Notes under the pieces: generated by a model
The model's database searches: none
Told to the model about the DNA's origin: nothing
What the model saw: the letters and a program-made list of their open reading frames with translations, nothing else
From: Thelocarpon superellum
Taxonomy: Eukaryota
Assembly: GCA_026025795.1 (NCBI GenBank)
Contig: JAPEUG010000140.1
Location: 1-38,176 of the forward strand
Direction: 5' to 3'
Length of the DNA: 38,176 bases
Made by a program: the position numbers and the translations under genes
Shown: piece after piece, positions 1 to 11,554 of the stretch
How the letters are laid out: each line of letters opens with the position of its first letter
Position numbering within the stretch: the stretch's first letter is position 1

Positions 1-174
1 AGATTCTGTCGAATAGATAGCTAAGACCAGCCCTTGCGATATTCTCACCGGCGTGCGTCAACGCATGGCCTGTACCAGTACCGATCTACGGCGAAGGCGA
101 CGCCGCCCGTATTGGCGCAACCCAATTAGCCCCAAGTCTAACCTAGGCCATACCACTGACTAGGGCACAACAAT

Positions 175-504
175 GGCCCTCCCAAACATGATGCAGAGGG
201 TCCTCCCGAACAGGATGCAGAGGGCCCTCCCAAACATGATGCAGAGCATTGGCTGGTTGAAACGAGATGTTTCACCAGCTCCCATGAACATGATGCTACT
301 AACTCGGGATGCGAGGAAATGCCCTTACTCGCCTTCTTTCCCCAATGCAAGAAGACCGCCGTGGGCCCTCCCAAACATGATGCAGAGCATTGGCTGGTTG
401 AAACGAGATGTTTCACCAGCTCCCATGAACATGATGCTACTAACTCGGGATGCGAGGAAATGCCCTTTCTCGCCTTCTTTCCCCAATACAAGAAGACCGC
501 CGTG
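175..504. repeat. Compound tandem repeat: three 24-bp units (175-246) overlapping two 141-bp units (222-362, 363-503)
   Basis: GGCCCTCCCAAACATGATGCAGAG-type unit at 175, 199 and 223. The 141-bp block is repeated with 2 substitutions (cccttactc/ccctttctc; caatgcaa/caatacaa). Confidence 0.95.
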
Positions 505-634
505 TCTCCTTCTCCTACCCTTCTCTTCTGCTCCTGTGATCTCTTCCCGTCGTCCGTATAGACTTCTCCCTCTTCATGACCCTTCATCCTCCCATTCATC
601 CCACCAGTGACGAAACACTACCAACGTACCAAAG

Positions 635-1821
635 ATGCGCTCCCCATCGAGCCTCCTGGCGCTGTGTGCTCTCTCGCACCTGGCCAGCACGGCACTCGCC
701 GTGCTGCAAAGCGGGAGCGGGAAGGTTGCCACGCAGCCTGGTCTTCCTCCAAGTCAAGGTCCGCAGGGGGCTTCGGGACAGGGCGCGGCGCAGGGTGCAA
801 CACCGTCTGCGTCCAATTCTACTTTTGCCACTACTTCGCCGGCGTTTCCGCTTGCCAATGACTCCTTTCAGCTGTTTGCAGTCAGCGAGAGTGCATCTAA
901 AGTGATTCAACTATTCGGTGAGGGAGTCCATACTTGCGCCACCCGTCCTCCTCGGCATGCGCTGACGAACTTCATACAGACGCAAATAGCTTCAGCAGTG
1001 ACCCCAGCGCCAAGGGTACCAACTCCTCAGCAGTACCGTACAATCCGATTCAGGGGGTAGAAGTGCGCCAACAGATGGACCCCACGACCTTCCGCATCCA
1101 GAATGGCAGCATCACTGGCCCCCGGAACGAGACCTTCGACTTGAACTTGGTCCAAAGTGGCCCCAAGAACGGCACCACGTCGCTTGTCCCGTCGGGCAAC
1201 GGTACTAGTGGGTGAGTCACTACCACCTGGGGAGGAGAGAGGGAGAGAAGACTCTTCCCTGATCTCTCTCATCTCCTATCCTGTCCTCTCTCTTGAGACA
1301 GGTGGGAGTCTTCCGAGCCAGAGTGATTTGACTAACAGCTTGACCGTGCGACTGTGCAGATGGAGTTTCACGGCTGTACCGGGCGATAACAAGACACTTG
1401 ACATCCACCTGGTAGACGGACAGGGTCTGTTGCACGAACTTCAAAACAATGCGCTGGGAGCGCAACTGAACTGGACCTGTAAGCCATCTCCTCTTTCCCA
1501 TCCCTTCACGGGCCCGTGGAAGGGTCGATTATGTCTGTAGCGCAACACGCGCAAGGCATGCCCGACCCAGTTGGATCGAACCGAGGGACTGATCCTGTTG
1601 AAACAGACTGCCAATGGGACGAATTCAGCGACGGCCCCAACGTACTGTACTGGAACAGCGCGCCGATGGGATGGAAGAACCAGAAACACACCGAGGCCGC
1701 CATAGATGGAGAACAGGGCTACAACATATCCGTGAACGGAAAAGACGTGTGTACGTCCTCGTTGCGGCTTTTCGCCCTGCCTGCTACCTTCAACTACTTT
1801 GAGGATAGCTCGTTCGCATAG
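635..1821 (+). CDS. Secreted, probably N-glycosylated protein of unknown function (~304 aa, 4 exons: 635-917, 980-1211, 1360-1478, 1541-1821)
   Basis: Signal-peptide-like N-terminus MRSPSSLLALCALSHLASTALA. Three GT-AG introns (918-979, 1212-1359, 1479-1540) join four ORF-track fragments in frame. Many NxS/T sequons (NST, NDS, NSS, NGS, NET, NGT, NKT, NWT, NIS). Confidence 0.75.
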
Positions 1822-2114
1822 GTGGCAGTGGTAGTAGCAGTAGTACTCCTGTTGTTACTTCACTTTGCTTCACCTGCTTCGTTCGCCTGTTACAGCGTGC
1901 GTCTGCGAGTCTGGTTTGCTGGCGTCGTTTGGAGAGGGGGTTCCCCACTACAGCGTGCTTTGTTTCAGCATCAGAGGTGTCACTCCGTCTAGCATTTCAA
2001 ATTCAATGGAAAAAGGGACAAATACAGGGATATCTCTTCGACGACGAGCAATCACTTCGAAGCGGGGGCACGCCCAAGATAATAGACGTGGGTGGCGTAG
2101 GAGTGTTATTCACT

Positions 2115-4612
2115 TTATGAATTCTCTTCCGCCACCGGTGCCAAGATAGGAGAGAGGGTAGGAGGAGGCGGGAGGTAGAGTTGTGGAAAGGTAGGGTCCG
2201 CGTCGGTATATGAAGCGGATGAGGATGAGAACGAGGACGAATAGGTCGAGGCGGGTTCGGGAGGCGAGGGGAGGATGAGCGAGGTAGAAGTCGATGTAGA
2301 TGTAGCTGAGGACGAGGACGTGGAAGAGGTCGAGGTGGACGAGGTGGAAGAAGAAGTCGACGAAAAAGACGTCCCCGCCTTTTTCAGTGCAGGCACTGGA
2401 TCCACTGCGTTCTCCTTCGCCTTGGCCGGGGCTGGTTGCACGGTCTCCTCTTCTCCCTCCACATCTTCCCGATCCAAACAAAACAGATCGTCTGTTTTCA
2501 TGAGAAAGCGTGAGTCGCGCGCACTCGCGCGAGAGGTTGATTCACAGCCTCCCACATCCGTGGCAAAGACCCTGGCATATGCTTCGGCCGCGTCCACGAT
2601 CCTTGACACCGACGTCACCTGTTCGCCGTCGTAGGATAAGATCGGCATGAATTCGATCTCGGGGAGGTCGCCGTCGAAGGGGAGGAGAGAGATGAGGGAC
2701 GATGGGCTAGATGCCAAGACCGGCTCCGTCTTTCGCGAAGCCATCAGATACGTCGTGTGGTGGTCGCGATCTTCGCCCTCCTTGAGTGGCGTGTCCGCAA
2801 ATTCTTCCGGTCGTCGCCACAGCTCTCCATGCACCGTGGCCATGCTGACGCCAGTTTCGAAATTCGGGTAGAGCATGTAATAGCCCCGCACGCGAAACAG
2901 CTCCAGGAGGAACTCCATCCACGACGGCTGGTCCTTGGTCACGAGTTTCCTGGCCGGGGGCAATTTGCGCAGCTCTTGCGCCTCGAGTCGTCGGCTCATG
3001 AAATCGTGAAACTCCACCCACTTGTCCCCGAAGAAGAGCGCCGCGTTGCTGTTGGGCGCTTGCCACAGAAAAGACATGAGTTGCGGAACGGGCGCGTCCG
3101 TATCGTCCGAGTCATCCTCTCCAATGGGCGGCGTGAACTCCGCGGTGCCGTTGAGATGACTCGTGGGTAGCTCCAGGCTGATGCCGAACATGTCGCTGGC
3201 CGCCGGTCCGCTGTAGGAAGAGTATTTGTACTCCAGTAGGTGGTACTTGGCAAAGTGGTAGAACAAAGGCGAGACCTTGGTCTGCGACGACAGGACCAAC
3301 AGGTGCGCATGTTTTGGGTCGTTGGGATAGAACAATTCCACAAAGCGAAGTGACGCCTCTTCGCTGGAGACGCCTCGACGGTGGATGCGGTGCCGCAGCA
3401 ACAGCTTCTCGTTGGCTTGGTGCTCATCGCGACGCTTTGGCGGCCATTTGAAGTTGTCGAGAAATTGTTGCGTCGCCGTGTCGATCACCGGAGGTAGTTC
3501 GATCGTCAGGCGTGGGATATTTGACAGGAAGAATTCCACCCGTTCCAGCGACTTCAATAGCTGGATGACGGCGCCAGACGACTTCGGGTCGACATGAACG
3601 ACGATATCAATCGACGCTTTGTTCCACGCTGCGGCCATCAGCATGATGATCTCATCGCGACACCCCACACCCCCCAGCCTACATACCCTTCAGCGACTGA
3701 CTGTCCAGCCGGGTGATCCACATCATGTTTTCCGCCACATCGCTCGGCAATCCGATGAGTGGCGCGGGCGTGCCCAGGTCATTCAGCTTTTCCTGCATCG
3801 AGTTCACAAAGTGATGTTCCTCCTGCCCCGACGCATCGACGAGGACGGCTTGAGGGTGGATAAACTCGTTGATATGGAACAGGGCACCTTGGATGGCCAC
3901 CTGCAGGCGGAGGTCGGTGCTGTACGAGGAGTAATCGGGCCGTGCATCTACGTCCATCTTAGTACCTTTCTCGAAGGGAGCTACGATGCCACATACCATG
4001 CCAAGTCACCTTGCAGGACTCGTCGACCCCGTTGATGCTGAGAATCTCCTGCAAGGGAAGATCATCGCGGCCCATCAGGGCAAAATGGACCACGCTCCGC
4101 CTCCAGCGCGCCATCTCGCACGCAATTGGGATCAAGACCGCGGCGCTTTTCAAGCTGGCTGCGGCGAACAGCACATGTCGGTTCCGCTCCCCCCAGGACC
4201 GGCCTTTGCCGATGGCTTGGAGCGACGTCGCGAGCTGGAACAGCTTGATCGGTCCATTGTAGTAGTGCTTCAGGGTCTCGGCCCCAGTCTCGGGCACCGG
4301 AGGCGGTTCCAGCGGCACCGACGCTTGTGGCCGCGGCCGGCTAATGCCGGGTCCGGAGAGGGGCGTCCACGGGGTGAAGGTGACGTTCGAGAGAGCCGGG
4401 CTCAAGCCGTGCTCGGATTGCTGTCGGCGGTAGAGAAGCACGACAAACAGGAGGAAGAGGACGATGGGAAGCGCCCGTTTCCGTCGAAAGCGAAAAGTCG
4501 ATCGCCAGACGGACGGGGCCAAGGGCAGGGCACTCCGCTCGCCCGGTCGGTGGTCATCGTCTCGTTTACCCAGCTCCTCATCGCCGGGGAAGATGCGCGC
4601 CGGTAGGGGCAT
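2115..4612 (-). CDS. Conserved fungal type II membrane glycosyltransferase-2-like protein (exons 4612-3997, 3947-3687, 3628-2115)
   Basis: Starts MPLPARIFPGDEELGKRDDDH, then a basic patch and one TM helix (ALPIVLFLLFVVLL). Family-like blocks WHDARPDY, LLKSLERVEF, FLWQAPNSNAALFFGDKWVEFHDF, DDLFC. Introns 3948-3996 and 3629-3686 have gtatgt donors and restore frame. Confidence 0.8.
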
Positions 4613-5311
4613 CTTGCCGTCGGTCGTGATGGAGGTGCTCTCTAGGAGCCGAAAGGAGGGTGAGCGGCATGCAATGGGTCGGTTGGTGGCATCGGCGGAC
4701 AATGGATGCCCAGACACGGCGGGCTCAGGGTAGTAATCTGCGCGAGAAGAGATCCTATCAGTGCGGGTCATGGTCAACGGGTCTGATGACAGACATACGG
4801 TCGCATTCGCAGAGTCAACAGGCACCAGGATCACATCCTTCTGATAGAGGGATGGCCGCCGTTGGGACAGATGGCTCTGTGCAGCTTGGGCCAAGTGAGG
4901 GACGATCACTGACGATCACTGAGGAACACGCCTACTTTGACGAAGCGCGAGCTCGATGCCTGGCGCCGGGTCGGCGGCCCCTTTGGAACCGTCGGTGTTC
5001 CGCATCGCCCTGCCTTGCTCTCTGACCCTGCATACGACCTGGACTTCGTGTAGATGAAACTCTAAGGGACAAGACCCATCGCTCCTCTTATCAAGGCTAC
5101 CCTACGAGGTGGCATTCTTGCTGACATCGGTGGAGCGTGTCGACCAATCCATTCGATCTACGCCCCTCACGTCGCGTGCTCTGGGGGCGCCCCGGACATT
5201 CGTCCGATGACGGGTCGAGACCTGCACGAGCACAACCACTAAACCCTTTGTCATCATTGCACAGTCTCCCCAACGCACACTTTTACGACGAGGCGAGGCA
5301 CAGAACTGGGT

Positions 5312-7815
5312 ATGGATGTAGATGGGGACGGTCCCAGAGGGACCAAACGAAAGATAGATGAGGCTCTCCTGTCTGTCCCAGAGGCGCCGCGTAGAATCAA
5401 GGCATGACCAGGTCCCCTTGCCTGCGGGACGCTGCTGATCGTGGCAAGCCAGGCCTTGGACCAGGACGTAGTCAACAAGATTGCTGCCGGGGAGATCATC
5501 GTCGCGCCGGTCCATGCTCTCAAAGAGCTCATGGAGAATGCGGTCGACGCTGGGTCTACTTCGCTGGAGATCCTGGTCAAAGACGGCGGCTTGAAATTGC
5601 TTCAGATCACCGACAACGGCCATGGGATAGAGGTCAGTAAACACCTCGTCTCCAATTGCTCAAGCCCTGGCTCATGAGATCGATTTGATCAGCGCGAAGA
5701 TCTTCCCATTTTGTGCGAACGATTTACGACGTCCAAATTGAAGACCTTTGAAGACCTCACGTCCATTGGAACCTATGGCTTTAGAGGAGAGGCGCTGGCG
5801 AGCATCAGCCATATCGCCCACCTCACCGTCACCACCAAAACGACGGGCTCTAGTTGTGCGTGGAGAGCCCATTACTCTGATGGGCATCTCGTCCCAGCAA
5901 AGCCAGGGCAAAGCTCCGACCCCAAAGCCACGGCGGGTCGTGGCGGCACCCAGATCACGGTATGAGACATATGGCGCCCGTTGTGGACACCAAGCTCAAC
6001 GGAGCAGGTCGAAGATCTCTTCTACAATGTCCCAACGCGTCGGCGAGCTTTTCGCTCCGCGTCTGAGGAGTATGCCAAGATCCTGGACATGGTCGGCCGT
6101 TACGCTGTGCACTGCGCCGGCGTCGCCTTTTCCTGCAAGAAGCACGGCGAATCCAGTACGGGCATATCAGTACCCGGCCACGCCACCACGATTGATCGCA
6201 TTCGCCAGGTCCATGGCAGTACTGTGGCGAATGAGCTGGTGACCTTTGACCTCGCCGACGACCGGCTCGGCTTCAAGGTCACAGGCATGGCAAGCAATGC
6301 CAATTACCACGTCAAGCGGACGACGATGCTCCTCTTCATCAACCATCGCGCCGTGGAGTCTTCGGCGATGAAAAAGGCGGTGGAGCAATGCTATGCTACC
6401 TTTCTCCCCAAAGGCGGCCATCCGTTTGTGTACTTGAGCCTGGACATCGAGCCAGAGCGGGTGGATGTCAATGTGCATCCGACAAAGCGGGAAGTCAACT
6501 TTCTCAACGAGGACGACATCATCGACATGTTGTGCAACGAGATCCGCACCAAGCTGGCAGACGTCGATACCAGTCGGACGTTCATGACGCAGTCCCTCCT
6601 GCCAGGTGTCAAAGTCCCCACGGCTCCAGAGACACCGGGAAATATCAATGGCAGTCCGTTTGGCGCGGTGTCCACGAGAAAATCCACACAGAGGCCCTAC
6701 GAGAACAACTTGGTCCGAACAGACTCCAAGAGCAGAAAGATAACGTCGATGCTTCCACAGCTTGACCCGCCAAGACGAGGCGGCGAGATGTCCGAAATTC
6801 GTCCGATCGAGGAGCCCGAATACGAGTACATCGACAAGGAGCCCGTGCTGTGCCGATTGACGACAGTGAAGGAGCTGCGGGCAGAAGTTCGCGAGAACAC
6901 GCACAACGAGCTGACGGAGGTCTTTGCCACCCACAGCTTCGTGGGCGTAGTCGACGAGACGAGAAGACTAGTGGCGATGCAAGGGGGCGTGAAGCTCTAT
7001 CTAGTCGACTACGGCATGGTGTGGTACGATGCAAGAAATCAGACCAACGAAGAACATGGACCTGGGCTGACCGAAACAGCAAGGAATACTTCTACCAAGT
7101 CGGTCTCACGGACTTTGGCAACTTCGGACGGATATGTTTCGATCCACCACTCTCTCTACGCGCTCTGCTCGAAATAGCCATCAAGCACGAGCAAAACCCC
7201 ACTGCCACCGTCGACCCCGACCAAATGGACACGACCGCCAGCGCCAAAGACACGATGGACTGGAGCAGCGTAGCCAGCAAAGTCGAAGGCCAGCTCATGC
7301 GGCAGCGCGAGATGCTGGACGAGTATTTCTCCTTATCCATCTCCGCCGCTGGAACGCTCGACGGCATCCCGCTCCTCCTGAAAGGCTACCTGCCCAGTCT
7401 CGCCAAACTACCGCGCTTCCTCCTGCGGCTCGGCCCAGCCGTCGACTGGTCGATGGAGAAGAAATGCTTTCAGGATTTCTTGCGCGAGCTTGCGGACTTT
7501 TACGTCCCTGAGCGCTTACCGCCGCCGCCACCGCCGCCGCCGTCTTCCGCTGTACCTCCGACCACAGCTCCAGCAGCGGGAGGAGAAGAAGAAGAAGAAG
7601 AAGAACTAGCCATTGGAGCGCGGGATGAGGCAGCGGGAGGAAAAGGGGAGGAAGCACTCGCAACCCGCCGAGCCCAGGTCCAAGCCTCGCTCGAGCACGC
7701 GCTCTTCCCGGCCTTCAAGGCCAAGCTCGTGGCCACGAGGACCCTAGCTACCAGTGGCGCGGTCGTCGAGGTCGCTAATCTAAAGGGCTTATATCGTGTC
7801 TTTGAGCGCTGTTAG
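5312..7815 (+). CDS. MLH1: DNA mismatch repair protein MutL homolog 1 (exons 5312-5401, 5453-5632, 5693-5959, 6008-7023, 7080-7815)
   Basis: [44 protein letters not shown] (GHKL ATPase), [11 protein letters not shown], and the MLH1-diagnostic C-terminus LYRVFERC. Intron 1 is GC-AG. Confidence 0.97.
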
Positions 7816-8037
7816 CTATCGACCTACCTATCCACCCAACTGGCTCTGCCATGTGCACTCTGCCGTGTTTTGTCGATGCGGATGCATGGCAAAAGTTTGT
7901 GGATCAACATCATAGTGGCTCATAGAGGTTCCATTCCTCATCTACTGAGCCTGACATACCGTACCATCTAACAGCTTTCCAATCGTATTCTCTCCACCGA
8001 CCTTTGCCGTCTCTTTTTCACGTTTTGAAAAGAAAGC

Positions 8038-9031
8038 TCAAGCGGCGGCCAGGGCGGACACACCCATTTGGCCGAGACCGCCCTCCTCGTCCGCGTTGCT
8101 TTGCCCATCATCCTCATTGACCGTGGCCGCGGTCGTCTTGACGATGGATGCCGAAGGGACGTCAAGGGGCGACATGGATTTAACCTCGTAGCATAGGCTG
8201 GTAAGGGGAAGATGCGTTGCCGGGGACAGCTTAGGCTCGCGTACCATGATGTCTAATGCGATGGGCGCCTTGTACGGGTTCAGGTGAATCGTTCTCTTGT
8301 ACACGAACCCTCGTGCCGTGTACATGTCCGTATTCTTGGAACCGGTGCTCTCGAGGTAGCATACGCGGTTCTCGAAGTCGGCCTGTTGTTCCCGAAGATC
8401 AGCTTCAAGTCGAAAGATGAGCTGACTTTAGAAGCGATGGCTTGCCTTCTTCGTCATATGCTCAATCAACGCCGTGGCGTACCCTTTCCGCTGCTCTTTG
8501 CGTTTCGTCCCCAGATATACCAGATAGTATGACTCGTCATCGCGTTCGCCCAGCACTTCCTGCTTGGTGTCTTGGAGCAGAGGGAGGAACTCGTCAAAAA
8601 ACCGCTGCCGACCTTGTCGAGACAGTCGGAAGTACATCCGCCAGAGTCCGCTGCGCACAATCGTGAGCCAATTGTCAATGTCCCGACCTGGAGGAAGCCT
8701 GATATTCTAAGTTAGATGAAGTACAGCTAGACAACATATGCTCATACCAGATGGCGACGCTGGCATAACTCGGTCCCACGGTCGTCACCAGGCCATTGAA
8801 GATATGCGCTGCCGTCAGGTACTCCATCATCTCATTGTGAAGCTTCCGCTTGTACTCATTGGTATGTTGAGTCATGTCGGCAGCGGTGAACGGGTACAGA
8901 ATAGCCTCGTCGTCCGCAAAAGCTTCCGCAAGACACGCCGCGGCTTCCTTGTGTTCGTTGATAGCCACGACTCGCACGTCATCCAGACCCACGTAGGGCT
9001 CGATCGTTATGCTACTTTTCATGATGCCCAT
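8038..9031 (-). CDS. GNAT-family N-acetyltransferase (exons 9031-8748, 8698-8446, 8382-8038; start uncertain)
   Basis: EAAACLAEAFADD, VAIWLPPG, YLVYLGTK.EQRKGYATALI (acetyl-CoA motif A), CYLEST, MYTARGF. Introns are 8699-8747 (GT-AG) and 8383-8445 (GC-AG). Confidence 0.88.
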
Positions 9032-10235
9032 GCGCTCAGTTGTTTCTGGACGTATTGCCGGAGGAAACGATGATCCAGGATATGAGGGGCGGTGGTGATA
9101 TGTCCTGGTGAGTTATCAGGATTGGCCAGTCTGACCAAGGTCCCCGTGTGAACCCGGGACAGTTTTGATCGGAGAATCTGGCCTAGGAAGGAAAAGAGAC
9201 GCAAGCATGCAGCAGGCAACATCAGTGTCGATTGTGGAGTTTGTGGAGCGGCGACAAGGCACGAGAGACATGAAAGAGGGATGTGATGTGCGCTCCACGT
9301 CCTCGAGGGAACATCATCGGCCAACGCTCGTGGTGGTAGTGGTGGTGGTGGACGTAATTCCATCTCGCACGTCCGTGGCGACATCGTTCCCTATACTTGT
9401 ACTCGTACGCCAACCAAGTGTCACGGCTTGCCCGCGAGTCACACGACCTGTGATTCGGAGAGAGAGGCTTTGCATCGTCTCATCCGCATCCGAACGTATC
9501 GTACAGCTTCATCCTGGGGGGCTCGGGGTCACAGGGGGAAAGGTGGTACAGCCAATGAGTGAAAGACAGCCAACACGACGGCTGGCTGGTCGATGAAGAA
9601 AAGGAAACATGAGTGCTCGGACCCTTTTACGTCCCACTCAAGGACGGCCACAGCGGCGAGGCGGCGGGCACGCGGGCACTAGGTGACAGAGCCGTGGCAC
9701 AGTTGCCCGACGATGCCGAAATGGGAGAAAGGCGGACATCGAACGGCAGGGGTGTGGGAGGGTGAGCAAGACCAGTCGGTGGCTCGCTGGCCCCACCATC
9801 TTCGTGGCACGATGCGGTTGAGTTGTCAATTCCGAGGATCCGGGTAGCCCGTGGCGTGTCCACCAAGAGCTCACCCCACACTAACGCCGGGACCGAGGAC
9901 GCGGTATGTCCTCCTACGAGGCTGTCGAGCCAATCGATGGCGGGAGGGTCCTCCAAGGTCCCGAGCGATTGCTCACGTGGAGACAAGTACGGCTCTCCGG
10001 CAGCAGATGCAGCCTGACGACTTCATCTGGTGGCGTTGGCGACCGGCCGGGTGTCGTTGAACGTCCCTCGGCTACGTAGACATCTCAACCTCCATTTCGG
10101 TAGGCCAGATTCCTTGTTACCCCTCCCACTAGGACTTGTATGCAAGTGGCCTGACGACCAAGCGGTTCCTTGCCGAGATTCTACGGGGATCTCCGCGCAT
10201 GGAAGAGCTGCTAATGTACCCACCCCACAATCGCT

Positions 10236-11199
<964 letters not shown>

Positions 11200-11554
11200 G
11201 AGTGAAGTCGTCGATGGACCTTTCCAGGTGTAAATGCCTGCCAATCGCCAAGGGTTGGAAGAAAGTCGAGCGAGGAATAATGTGATGAGGGGCCGATCAC
11301 GGCGATTGCCGAAAGGGCTGGCGAGCTTCGCTCATTCGGCTGGCAATCGGATCGCTCGGTCTTCGGATGGGATACTCCTCGCAGTGCTCTTCTACATTGA
11401 CCGGGACGGCTGACCACTACAGAGGTCCACAGGCCGAGATAGATCTATGTTCTAGGAGAGACTCTACGCATCTCATGAACCGAGAAAATGACGCCCAAGC
11501 TCCGGTTAGCATCAAACTCTCGTCTCGTCAAGATACAACCCCTTGCTGCCGCAA

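Noticed and set aside
175..504. CRISPR-like array
   Set aside because: Eukaryotic context, and units are contiguous with no unique spacers.
2275..2634. Acidic ORF on + strand (MSEVEVDVDV...)
   Set aside because: Antisense shadow of the Ser/Thr tail of the GT2-like gene.
4613..4909. N-terminal extension of the GT2-like ORF from 4909
   Set aside because: Non-ATG ORF start; family-like sequence begins at ATG 4612.
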